Positions 40,047 to 48,869 of a stretch of DNA of 64,000 nucleotides are shown here, piece after piece. Source of the DNA: a virus (lineage: Duplodnaviria > Caudoviricetes); IMG/VR virus record IMGVR_UViG_2744054452_000001, positions 16,516-80,515 of that record, one strand, 5' to 3'. The position numbers and the translations under genes are program-made. Numbering within the stretch: the first letter of the stretch is position 1; every line of letters starts with the position of its first letter. Below the pieces are notes generated by a model. That model was not told where the DNA came from, did not search any database, and worked only from the letters and a program-made list of their open reading frames with translations.

Positions 40047-40170
40047 GTTTTCTTCTTCTTCTTGTTGGCCAGGGGCTCCGGGTCTGTGTCGGCCCGGGAA
40101 CCTCAAAAACACCTTACCCCCCATCTAAAAGGTATTCAGAGAACCTTATTAATAGGGGAAACCGAAAAAC

Positions 40171-40337
40171 CGCTAACAATTGTTAGCGCTATTCTTTTTA
40201 TAGCAAAAATAGCTCCCGGCAGTGAATATTTTTCTTTTCAAAATCAACGGTTTACAGCAAATCGCTAACAATTGTTAGCGCTATCGTTTCTGTAGCGCTA
40301 ACAATTGTTAGCGCTACTGTTTTGGTAGCACTAACAA
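40171..40337. repeat. three perfect CGCTAACAATTGTTAGCG palindromes plus a half-site
   Basis: Copies at 40171-40188, 40263-40280 and 40296-40313 (extends to 26 bp, 40292-40317); half-site at 40325-40337. Confidence 0.9.
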
Positions 40338-40340
40338 ACC

Positions 40341-40697
40341 TCAGTCCTCCAGTACGAACTCACCCGGCTCGACGGTGATTTCCGGCACTTCGTCTTCCAG
40401 TTCTGGGATGGGCACCGAGGCGGAAAGAGGACGAGGATCGTAGAAAGCCAGACCACCCGGAGCGAGCCCGAATGTCTGACGCATGCGGCCCCTTCGCTGG
40501 GCAACCCCCAATTTCACGATCAGCCCCTTGGTGGCCATGGCGCGGATCGTGAACTGCAGGGATGCCTTGCTGGCGGACTCGGTGAGATCAAGGATCTCGT
40601 CCAGGTCGGGATCGCCGCGCTCACGGATGAAGTCCATGATTTTTCGCTGCATGGCGGAAGGCGCCCTCTTCTTGACGGGCTTGCGTGCGACTGTCAT
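40341..40697 (-). CDS. winged-helix DNA-binding protein
   Basis: S.MQ.KI..FI...LDEI.....SKASLQ..I..M..KGLI.K pattern with a basic wing. Confidence 0.7.
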   Translation of the reverse strand: MTVARKPVKKRAPSAMQRKIMDFIRERGDPDLDEILDLTESASKASLQFTIRAMATKGLIVKLGVAQRRGRMRQTFGLAPGGLAFYDPRPLSASVPIPELEDEVPEITVEPGEFVLED

Positions 40698-41773
40698 TCG
40701 GCAAGCACCTCACCGCGCTGGATGCGCTCGAGTTCCTTCAACTGCTCTTTCAGCGCTTCGCGCTCGCTGGGCTTCAAGGGCGGCTCGTTGACGGGATACT
40801 GGCCAGCCCATGTCGGCACCCAGCCTTCCCAATTGCCACTAAGGGCGGCATCAGGCGCCTGCTCATCGAATGCCAGCAGAGGCATGACGTTCGGCAGCGG
40901 CTGGCTGGTGGGCGGGGCACTGAAAATCCAGTACACCGTAGCCGAATAGACCAGCTGCTGAATCTGGCGCACCACGTACTCGATGGCCAGCTCGTTCACG
41001 CGGGTCATGCCCAAGTCGCGCTTGTCGCCCGACTTCTCGACGGATGACCACTTGTAGTAGAACTCGCGCAGCTTGCGATCCATGACCGCGCGCTCGGCAT
41101 CTGGAAGCCCACGCAGCTCGGCCAGAACCGCGACTATGTCGTAGCCTGGCGCCTTGAAGTAGGCGGCAAAGAAGACCAGGCCATCATTGAGCGCCGATGC
41201 CGTCTTGGGGCGGGTGAACTTCATGCCCGTCTTCACTGAGAAGGGGTTGAAGCGGCCCATTGAACTGCGGCTCTCAATGAATCGGATTTCGTAGCGGGCG
41301 CAGTACATGCGATAGGCCAGGTTTTTGAACCGGTAGGCGATGCCGGCACCGCGGTACATGGTGTCGAGCACGGTGCGGTTGTTCCAGGCTAGGTTGCGGT
41401 TGATCCAGGCCAGGCGCGTCTGGTTGACCAGGCGGTTATCACGCCCGTTCACGTTTGGGCGCAGGCGCGGGAATACGTCGTTGCGGCCGCCGTCCAATGG
41501 GCGAGGGTTCGCAATGACCGTAACGCCGACGAGCTGGGGAGCTTCGCCTGGAACGCGCAGCATGCAGCGCAGAAAACGAGAACCCGCAGCCAGCGTGTGT
41601 CCCTTGTAATGCAGCTCACTGAGAGCATGCCAGTCGTCAACAGTGCCCCATTCCACATAAAGGTGCTTCATCAGGCTCAGCGTGTGGGACTTGCCGGGAC
41701 GCCGAGGCTGATAAAGGATCTCCACTTCCTGCTGCTCCAGCATGTCGGCAATTTTTTCTTGATAGCTTTTCAT
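40694..41773 (-). CDS. GNAT-fold acyltransferase (similar to the acetyltransferase half of ABC-ATPase/GNAT fusions)
   Basis: L..LHY; RTVLDTMYRGAGIA acyl-CoA-binding loop; SMGRFNPF..K.G motif. Confidence 0.7.
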   Translation of the reverse strand: MKSYQEKIADMLEQQEVEILYQPRRPGKSHTLSLMKHLYVEWGTVDDWHALSELHYKGHTLAAGSRFLRCMLRVPGEAPQLVGVTVIANPRPLDGGRNDVFPRLRPNVNGRDNRLVNQTRLAWINRNLAWNNRTVLDTMYRGAGIAYRFKNLAYRMYCARYEIRFIESRSSMGRFNPFSVKTGMKFTRPKTASALNDGLVFFAAYFKAPGYDIVAVLAELRGLPDAERAVMDRKLREFYYKWSSVEKSGDKRDLGMTRVNELAIEYVVRQIQQLVYSATVYWIFSAPPTSQPLPNVMPLLAFDEQAPDAALSGNWEGWVPTWAGQYPVNEPPLKPSEREALKEQLKELERIQRGEVLAE

Positions 41774-41785
41774 GCTGGCGCCTGA

Positions 41786-42115
41786 TCAGATCGCGTTAGC
41801 GGCCACCAACTTGGACAGGATCTGGGCCTCCGTGGCATCACCGGTGTGCACCAGCTTGGCGGTGGACTCGCCACTGCCATTTGCACGCAGGGAAACGACA
41901 GATGGCGAGCCACGCAGGCCCAGGGCACGGGCATCGGCCAGGTTCTCCTGAATGTCCACCGTCACCATGGGCACAAGGTTCTCTTCGCAGACCTTTTCCA
42001 GAATGGGCTTGAGGCGCTTGCAGGGCGCGCAATTGGCGGCAGTGAAGCACACCACCCCGTCAAAGCCGCTCAAAACCAGTTCGCGGTATGTCATATTTTT
42101 ATTGTTCAGGTTCAT
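41786..42115 (-). CDS. thioredoxin-like protein
   Basis: FTA..CAPCK.L.P active site and a cis-Pro (GSP) region. Confidence 0.85.
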   Translation of the reverse strand: MNLNNKNMTYRELVLSGFDGVVCFTAANCAPCKRLKPILEKVCEENLVPMVTVDIQENLADARALGLRGSPSVVSLRANGSGESTAKLVHTGDATEAQILSKLVAANAI

Positions 42116-42172
42116 ATCTAACTAAGTCAGTTGTGACTTACTTTTTATTTTAATTCAGCGCGACCGTGCTGG

Positions 42173-42376
42173 CTACTTGAGACTCGGCACGCACTCTTCG
42201 TACAGCCAGACGGCCAGGCCAATCACCGCCATGGTGATGAATTCAAAGACGCCGACCAGGAAGCAGGCAACCACGAAGGCCGCCAGCAGCAGCACGCCGA
42301 CCAGGCCGACAGTGACAGCCAGCAGCAGCACAAAGATGGCAATTACGACTGCCAGGACGTTGTAGATCACATTCAT
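42173..42376 (-). CDS. small membrane protein
   Basis: 67 aa, almost entirely hydrophobic. Confidence 0.6.
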   Translation of the reverse strand: MNVIYNVLAVVIAIFVLLLAVTVGLVGVLLLAAFVVACFLVGVFEFITMAVIGLAVWLYEECVPSLK

Positions 42377-42399
42377 AGATATTTCTCTTCGGGAAGGGG

Positions 42400-43083
42400 T
42401 CAGGAAAGGGCCGCGACGCGCTCTGCATCGCGGTTGAATACATCGACGGTCAGCTTTTCACGAAAGCGCTTGGTGATGCACAGATCAGGCGCCAGGTCAT
42501 CGACCATGTCGGTGTGGGTTGTGGCCACCAGCAGCGTGGCACCGACCTGGCGGGCCATCTTTTGCATGGTGTAGGCGACGACCTTGGCGGCCGTGCGGTC
42601 AAGGATGGCCAGGAATTCGTCGGCAGCCCAGACTTGAGCGCCGGTCTCGATGGCCTTTGCCAGCCGGAAGCGGTAGCGCTGGCCGTCCGACAGCTCGGAG
42701 GGGCGACGGCAGTACAGGTAGGCGTCTTGAATGCCGGCCACGCCCAGCAGGCGAATGGCGTCCTTGGCATCTTTGCCAATTTGGTCGATCAGGGGCTCGT
42801 CGGTGAAGGAAATCGAGTCCAGGTTGATGACGGAGTCGCCGGCAGCGGCCATCTGGGCTTGCAGCTCGCGCAGCAGCACGGATTTGCCCCCGCCCGACTG
42901 GCCAGTGATGTAAACCACGTCGCCTTGGGCAATCTGCAGCTCTAGGTTGTCGAAAACGACGAATTCCTTGTCATCCAGACCGATGCCAAACGCTTCGGCA
43001 ATGGTCAGCACACGGTCAGAGCGCTGGATGCGCGTCATAAAGCGCTTGTCGATCTTGTAGGTGCGTCGCACGGGGGCGTTCAT
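42400..43083 (-). CDS. stand-alone ABC-family ATPase
   Basis: GQSGGGKS Walker A, LSDGQ signature, AADEF Walker B, ATTH H-loop; ATG at 43083; no permease gene nearby. Confidence 0.88.
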   Translation of the reverse strand: MNAPVRRTYKIDKRFMTRIQRSDRVLTIAEAFGIGLDDKEFVVFDNLELQIAQGDVVYITGQSGGGKSVLLRELQAQMAAAGDSVINLDSISFTDEPLIDQIGKDAKDAIRLLGVAGIQDAYLYCRRPSELSDGQRYRFRLAKAIETGAQVWAADEFLAILDRTAAKVVAYTMQKMARQVGATLLVATTHTDMVDDLAPDLCITKRFREKLTVDVFNRDAERVAALS

Positions 43084-43733
43084 GCTGTCTCCTTCTCGGT
43101 GAGCTCTTGAACCCATTTGCTGAACGCAGCCGCACCGGTCTCCCCGGTCGTCTTCTCTGCGATCGCCAGCATCTTTGCGATACCCCGGGCGGTGTCGGTG
43201 GGCACGTCCTTGAATCCGAAGGCGCGCGCAAGAGTGACGCGTGCCTCTGCAGCTGCAGCTGTACGCTTTGTCAGCTCTGCTTCCTGCTCCTGCAGCACGT
43301 CGTCCATGTCCTCCATGAACGCGCTGGTGTCGATGGCGCCCAGGTCGGCCGTGCCAAAGTCCAGCTCCTTGGCATCAAAGATGCCGCCCAGCAGCTCGGT
43401 GTTGAATTCAGCCAGGTCAGCGGTCAGCTTCTGGGTGTCCAGATCACCGATAGCCACGCGGTTGTCTGCGAGGCGGGCGGCCTTGACCTGGTCGGGGGTG
43501 AGGTCGTAGCGCACCAGCACCAGAACCTCGGTCATGCCGAGCTCCAGGCATGCCAGGCGACGGCCATGGCCCTTGATGATGACGCCGAACTGGTCAACAA
43601 CGATCGGCTGGTCAAAGCCGAAGCGCTGGATCGACGCGGCAATTGCCTTTACCTGTGCCTTGTCGTGCTTTTTGGCATTCAGCTCATACGGAATGAGCGC
43701 GTGAATGTCCCATTTTTCAATCTTGCTATCCAC
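43080..43733 (-). CDS. ParB/Srx N-terminal-domain protein 2
   Basis: L.PY..NA.KH...I..FGF.QPIVVD...II.GHGR..A...ADNR; GTG start at 43733. Confidence 0.85.
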   Translation of the reverse strand: MDSKIEKWDIHALIPYELNAKKHDKAQVKAIAASIQRFGFDQPIVVDQFGVIIKGHGRRLACLELGMTEVLVLVRYDLTPDQVKAARLADNRVAIGDLDTQKLTADLAEFNTELLGGIFDAKELDFGTADLGAIDTSAFMEDMDDVLQEQEAELTKRTAAAAEARVTLARAFGFKDVPTDTARGIAKMLAIAEKTTGETGAAAFSKWVQELTEKETA

Positions 43734-43756
43734 TTTTCTTCTTCTTCTGTGGGTGA

Positions 43757-43897
43757 TTACTTGACGCGGGCGAGGATGACTCCGGCACTCTTTGCGCCAA
43801 GGTAAGCCTTGACCGTGTCGATGGCTGCCGCGTGGTCGTCTGTCTTCACGTCGAACTTGGAGACCTTGCCGCTCTTGTCCTTGAAGTACACGCGCAT
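43757..43897 (-). CDS. 46-aa hypothetical protein (below ORF-track cutoff)
   Basis: MRVYFKDKSGKVSKFDVKTDDHAAAIDTVKAYLGAKSAGVILARVK; GGAG RBS; fills the gap between the two ParB genes. Confidence 0.65.
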   Translation of the reverse strand: MRVYFKDKSGKVSKFDVKTDDHAAAIDTVKAYLGAKSAGVILARVK

Positions 43898-43899
43898 GG

Positions 43900-44577
43900 T
43901 TACTCCAGCCCCAGGTTGGACTTCGCGGCGTTGGCCACCTCCACCAGGGCCATGCCGGCGGCAACCAGGCTGTCTTCTTCCTTGTCGAAGCCACGGGCAA
44001 CGATGAGCTTCTTGATGAGCTTTTCGACCGCCTCGCGGTCTTGGACGGGCACCTTGAAGCGCATCAGCTCGGTCAGCTTGACCGGGCGCTCGGCGGGTGC
44101 AGGAGTCACGTCATCCAGCGGGTCAACGTCAGCATCGAAGCCGATCTTCGACAGGTCGATCTCGTCAACGGCCTTGAACATGCCGGCCAGCTCGTCCTCC
44201 GTGTACGGCAGCATGGCAGCAACGTCTTCCATGCCAATGTCCTGCAGCACGGAGTTCAGGCGGGTCACGTCATCAATGCCGTAGCCGCCGTTGTCAGCAA
44301 GGCCGATCAGCTTGGCCTGCTTGTCATCAATCTTGCCCAGGCAGATGACAGGCACTTGCTCATGGCCGAGGTCTTTTGCGGCCCGCCAGCGGTGCTCACC
44401 ACCTAGAATCTGAAAAGTGCCGTCATCCAGCTCACGCACGATGATCGGCTTGTAAAAATTGAGTTGCTTGAGCGAATTGCGCAAGCGCCCCTCCATTTCA
44501 GGAGAGACAACATTGGAGTTCCATGGGTTCGGGCGCAGGTGCCCCGTTGGAACGTAGATGATTTTCAGTTGATCCAC
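43900..44577 (-). CDS. ParB/Srx N-terminal-domain protein 1
   Basis: LRPNPWN.N...PIIVR.....FQILGGEHRWRAA...ADN. Confidence 0.88.
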   Translation of the reverse strand: MDQLKIIYVPTGHLRPNPWNSNVVSPEMEGRLRNSLKQLNFYKPIIVRELDDGTFQILGGEHRWRAAKDLGHEQVPVICLGKIDDKQAKLIGLADNGGYGIDDVTRLNSVLQDIGMEDVAAMLPYTEDELAGMFKAVDEIDLSKIGFDADVDPLDDVTPAPAERPVKLTELMRFKVPVQDREAVEKLIKKLIVARGFDKEEDSLVAAGMALVEVANAAKSNLGLE

Positions 44578-44647
44578 GATAATCGGGCCAATAAATGTAA
44601 GTCAGAACTGACTTACTTTAACTGCAAAGGCATACATAGGCAAGAAG

Positions 44648-46387
44648 ATGGTTCAGATTGGATATAACGCGGTTCACGCACAGGTTTTTGGCGCCACGAC
44701 GGAGGAAAAGGTCGAGATCCACCGGCTGCTGAGCGTCGATGTGGAGAATTCGACAGGCAACACGCTGATTGGCCTCGACAGCTCGCGCTGGACTGGCCAG
44801 ACGAGCTTTTTCAGCTTCGACAAGGGCACTTTCCCCGCCGGATTCGTTCATTTGGTCACGCAGGGGCTGCAGAAGTTCGGCAGCCAGGTGCGTGTGCAGC
44901 GCCCCGCCCTGCCCGAGCCCCTGGGGCCAGAGTTTCCCGAGGTCGATGAATTCGGCTACACCCCGCGCTATGACTATCAGCCCCGAGCGGTCGAGCAGCT
45001 GGTGCGCCATGGCCAGATCACCGTTCAGGTGGCGACCGGCGGCGGCAAATCACGCATCGCCCGGATGGCGCTCAAGCGCATCGACCGGCGCTCTCTGTTC
45101 CTGACCACCAGGGGCATCCTGATGCACCAGATGCAGCGCGAGATCGAAAAGATGGAGGGCGAGTGCGCAATCCTGGGCGACGGAGAATGGGGCATCCCCT
45201 ACACGAAGCCTGACGGTACAGAGGGCCGCCGACTGAGCAAGTTCTGCGTGGGCATGGTGCAGACGCTGGCGCAGCGCCTGGAGCCCAAGACCGTCAAATG
45301 GGAGCTGCAGGCGACGCTCGACCGCAACATGACTGCCCTCAAGAAGAAGGTGCAGGAATACAAGGCGCAGCTTGAAAAAGAAGGCATCAAGGGTCTGGAG
45401 CGCGCGAATCGCCTGGTCGCTTTTGAGGACGACCTGAAATCCAAGCTCCCTACCGAGGATGACCTGCGCCCCGAGATCGAGATAAAGGTCGAGCGTCACG
45501 AGAAGATGCGCCTGGCGACCCAGAAGATGCTGGCCAAGTTTGAGCTGGTGATCGTTGAAGAGGCACACGAGGTCAGCTCAAACAGCTTCTACGCGGTGAT
45601 GGAGTGCTGTACCGGCGCCTACTACCGCATGGCGGTCACTGCAACGCCCTTCATGCGCGAGGACGAGGCTGCAAACATGCGCTTGATGGCAGCGTGCGGC
45701 CCGGTAGCCATTCAAATTTCGGAGCAGACCCTGATCGAGCGCGGCATTCTCGCCCGCCCCTTTTTCAAGATTCTGCAGGTGCCTGCGGATAAGAAGCCCG
45801 CCCTACTGACTCGCAGCACCCCATGGCAGCGCGCATACACCCTGGGCATCGTTGAGCACGAGTACCGCAACAAGATGATCGCCGCCGAGCTGATTATGGC
45901 CAAGCGCTTCGGTCTGAACGCGATGGTGCTGGTGCAGCACAAGACACACGGCAGAATCCTCAAGGAGCTGCTGACCAAGTACGGACTGCGCTGCGAATTC
46001 ATCTTCGGTGAGGACAACCAGAAAGCCCGCGACAAGGCGATCAAGAAGCTGGCCACCGGAGAGATTGACGTGCTGATCGGCTCCACCATCCTTGACGTGG
46101 GTGTGGACGTGCCCAGCGTGGGCCTGATCGTGCTCGCCGGCGGCGGCAAGGCGGAGGTGGCGACACGCCAGCGCATCGGCCGCGGCCTGCGCGAAAAGAA
46201 GGGCAAACAGGCAGACGGCTCTCCCATGCCCAACTTCGCCTTCATCGTGGACGTGAACGACGACGCGAACAACTACCTGCAGGATCACGCCCTGCAGCGC
46301 CTGCTCATCATCCAGAAAACACCGGGCTTTGCCGAGAACATCGTCAAGCAGTTTGACTACGAAGCCCTGGGATTCAATCGCATTTAA
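44648..46387 (+). CDS. superfamily 2 DExH-like helicase
   Basis: RYDYQ, ATGGGKS, IVEEAH, TATP, LDVGVDVP and QRIGRGLR motifs. Confidence 0.9.
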   Translation: MVQIGYNAVHAQVFGATTEEKVEIHRLLSVDVENSTGNTLIGLDSSRWTGQTSFFSFDKGTFPAGFVHLVTQGLQKFGSQVRVQRPALPEPLGPEFPEVDEFGYTPRYDYQPRAVEQLVRHGQITVQVATGGGKSRIARMALKRIDRRSLFLTTRGILMHQMQREIEKMEGECAILGDGEWGIPYTKPDGTEGRRLSKFCVGMVQTLAQRLEPKTVKWELQATLDRNMTALKKKVQEYKAQLEKEGIKGLERANRLVAFEDDLKSKLPTEDDLRPEIEIKVERHEKMRLATQKMLAKFELVIVEEAHEVSSNSFYAVMECCTGAYYRMAVTATPFMREDEAANMRLMAACGPVAIQISEQTLIERGILARPFFKILQVPADKKPALLTRSTPWQRAYTLGIVEHEYRNKMIAAELIMAKRFGLNAMVLVQHKTHGRILKELLTKYGLRCEFIFGEDNQKARDKAIKKLATGEIDVLIGSTILDVGVDVPSVGLIVLAGGGKAEVATRQRIGRGLREKKGKQADGSPMPNFAFIVDVNDDANNYLQDHALQRLLIIQKTPGFAENIVKQFDYEALGFNRI

Positions 46388-46399
46388 TTTTATTTCAGA

Positions 46400-46429
46400 A
46401 TACCTCAATAATATTTTGAGGTATATAAT
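46400..46429 (+). promoter_or_regulatory. inverted repeat overlapping a TATAAT box
   Basis: ATACCTCAA-N7-TTGAGGTAT (46400-46424) and TATAAT (46424-46429) in an AT-rich gap. Confidence 0.55.
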
Positions 46430-46458
46430 CTAAATAATATTGACAGAGTTACAAGAAA

Positions 46459-46839
46459 ATGAGCGAAGAAAACAAAGAAGTCAGGAAGCCAGGCAGACCC
46501 AAGGGCAGCGTGGACACGAAGCCCCGTGCATCGCGCAAGTCTGGCGAGCGCGAGGAAACCCATCAGAGCAGCTATCGCATCACCAAGCGAGAGGCAGAGG
46601 GTCTGCAGGCGTTCCTTGGTGTGCTCGGCAAGGATGTGGGGGTCAGCACCTTGCTGGGTTTGATCGGACGCAATGCCGAGCAGCTGACCGAAGAGGTGGC
46701 ACCGGTGTTCGTGAACCTGTTGTCCAAGGATCGTGACGAGCAAAAGTCGGCTGTCCGTATTGCCGGCGCTGCCGACCGACTGCGCAAGTTTCTGACGCCG
46801 GATGAGCTGCAGCAGCTCGCTACAGAACTGAAAGCCTGA
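46459..46839 (+). CDS. putative DNA-binding protein (AT-hook-like RKPGRPK)
   Basis: GRP motif followed by helical segments. Confidence 0.65.
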   Translation: MSEENKEVRKPGRPKGSVDTKPRASRKSGEREETHQSSYRITKREAEGLQAFLGVLGKDVGVSTLLGLIGRNAEQLTEEVAPVFVNLLSKDRDEQKSAVRIAGAADRLRKFLTPDELQQLATELKA

Positions 46840-46842
46840 GAC

Positions 46843-47523
46843 ATGGCAGCCATGACCTCTATGTCGGAAGTGACTGCCCTGGTACTGGAGCGCGGCTCCC
46901 GCGACCCCGCGCACGTCGCAGGGCCAGATCTGACCATTGCGGTACGGGTGCTCAAATCCCATGGCGTCGCCCCGCCCAGCGGCTCGGCAGTCGCCGCGTC
47001 CACTGTCAAGAGGTGGTTCGCCTCTGTCCCCGCGGCCGCCAGCGTGGTCGTGGGCGGCAAGGCATGCCTCGTGCAGGCTCCGAATCCCGTGATTGACGAG
47101 CTGGTGCGTGCATGGACGGCAGACAACACCTCTGCCCTATCGAGCTACCTGCAGGAGTTCAAGACCATGCCCGACATGCTGGAGCTGGTCGGATTTGATG
47201 ACCTGGTGCCGGAGGACGCCCGGGTGCTGACCTGCACCGACCATGAATCGTTCCTGCACCTGCACACGGACATTGAATCGAAGGAGCCGACTCCGGCATC
47301 CAAGCCTGGGCCAAAGTTCATGCCAGAGGTAAGCGCCGCATTGGAGCGCAATCGGGATGCATTCGACGCGAAGTCAGAGCCCGTCAAGGTCACACTTGCG
47401 GAGGATTCCCTGGTGAACAAGCAGCTTGCAGAGCGCATGGCAAACGAGCTCGCGCGCCAGCGCGGAAGCGAGCAGACCATCGAGGAAGTGCTGGCGAGCC
47501 TGGAGGAAAGCGCATGGGCCTAA
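46843..47523 (+). CDS. hypothetical protein
   Basis: Tight operon packing and typical codon usage. Confidence 0.7.
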   Translation: MAAMTSMSEVTALVLERGSRDPAHVAGPDLTIAVRVLKSHGVAPPSGSAVAASTVKRWFASVPAAASVVVGGKACLVQAPNPVIDELVRAWTADNTSALSSYLQEFKTMPDMLELVGFDDLVPEDARVLTCTDHESFLHLHTDIESKEPTPASKPGPKFMPEVSAALERNRDAFDAKSEPVKVTLAEDSLVNKQLAERMANELARQRGSEQTIEEVLASLEESAWA

Positions 47524-48176
47524 CCATCGCTGACTACGCACGCCTGTACCGCTGCTACAACGAGCGGCGTGACGAAGCCCACCCCGGCATGCTCTACGAT
47601 CCGGGCGACACACGCTGGGCACGCTGGAACTCCGCTGCCGCGAGTGGGTACGTTTTCAAGGATCTCGGAAGCAAGGGAGCTGCTGGCACGACGCTGCCCC
47701 CTTCGGTGTCCGAGCGTCAGGGATTCGGCCAATACGTAGTGATGCGGGAGTTCAGTGACCATGCGAAGGTGGAGCGCCAGATCAATCGGCACGACTCCCT
47801 TTGGGATGCGTGCAAGGACTGTCTGCTCAGGGCAGGCATGTTCAAGACCCAGACCAGTGGCGGCCTGGTCATACCAGACCACACAATGCTGGCACAGATC
47901 GGGCGCGGCTGGACTTCTGGCCTGATGAACGAGCTGGTGAGCATGATCCGTGAAGACGTAAGGTTGAAGTCGGGTGATCGCCTGCGTGCCTACTTTGTGA
48001 AGAATGCGGCCCGTGACAGGGATGCGCTGCACGCTGCACGCGAAGAACTGGACAGGGAGCTGGCGCTGTACCGCTATTTGTCTGCAGAGCGCCAGAAGCA
48101 GATTGACAAGGCACAGGATGCGTTTCTGCATGACCTGACCCCAGCAGCTGCGAACCCCATGCAGGGGGTCTGGTAG
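47514..48176 (+). CDS. hypothetical protein
   Basis: Overlaps the upstream gene, GGAGG RBS, followed by a terminator. Confidence 0.7.
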   Translation: MGLTIADYARLYRCYNERRDEAHPGMLYDPGDTRWARWNSAAASGYVFKDLGSKGAAGTTLPPSVSERQGFGQYVVMREFSDHAKVERQINRHDSLWDACKDCLLRAGMFKTQTSGGLVIPDHTMLAQIGRGWTSGLMNELVSMIREDVRLKSGDRLRAYFVKNAARDRDALHAAREELDRELALYRYLSAERQKQIDKAQDAFLHDLTPAAANPMQGVW

Positions 48177-48215
48177 GCGGGTACAGGCGGCCCGCTTGGC
48201 TGGGGGAGCTGTGAG

Positions 48216-48237
48216 AAGCGGGCGTAAGCCCGCTTTT
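48216..48237 (+). terminator. intrinsic terminator
   Basis: AAGCGGGC-GTAA-GCCCGCTT-TT. Confidence 0.7.
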
Positions 48238-48500
48238 GCGTTTGTGCCAGGCCTGGCCAGGGCTCGGCTGTATAAGGCGCTGGATACAGGATCAGGCTGG
48301 CCAGGATTTTGGATCCACTGTGCAGGTGTGCGTGTGCCATGGTGGACGGTGCTGTGTGCAGCGTGCCGGCGTGCTTGTGCCAGGTATAAGGCACATGGGA
48401 ATTGCCAGCCATGGAAAAACGGCGTCAAGGGCCACCCACCCCGAGCGAACCCGCATAAGGGGTACAAGGTCGGGGCGAGGGGTTTCCCCCTCTTGTCGGT

Positions 48501-48869
48501 TTAGACCACCTCATTACCCGCGCTTGTCAGCAGGGGCAATGCATTGCATTCAAACCATTGCACCATTGCAAGGGCTAGTTGCGCTTGCTGCATGAGAGGG
48601 GCGCATTCTGCATTGTCAGTATGTATCGAGCTATCCCATGCAATGGTCGTTTCTTCTGGGTCGATCAGTTGCAGGGTAATAGACCCGGTTGCATAGTCGC
48701 GGTTCACATCAAACCCGATAGTGAGGGTTTGTGCTTCATGGTCTTGAGTCACGGTCACGTCATAGCAAACACCGGGCAGCAATTGCGGGTTTTGCTGGGT
48801 CAGGGCTTCGAGTGCTTGCGCTGCTGTGGTGAGTGCTTGTGCTGCTGTGGTCATGTTGATAGCTTTCAA
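48501..48869 (-). CDS. hypothetical early protein
   Basis: ORF in the motif-free zone; start may be ATG 48854. Confidence 0.65.
   Translation of the reverse strand: MKAINMTTAAQALTTAAQALEALTQQNPQLLPGVCYDVTVTQDHEAQTLTIGFDVNRDYATGSITLQLIDPEETTIAWDSSIHTDNAECAPLMQQAQLALAMVQWFECNALPLLTSAGNEVV

Noticed and set aside
42173-43083. ABC transporter
   Set aside because: No multi-pass permease or substrate-binding protein; the ATPase resembles the GNAT-associated type.
43080-44577. Classical ParABS partition locus
   Set aside because: No ParA (the nearby ATPase has an ABC signature), and the ParB-like proteins lack an evident HTH; the context fits modification/packaging better.
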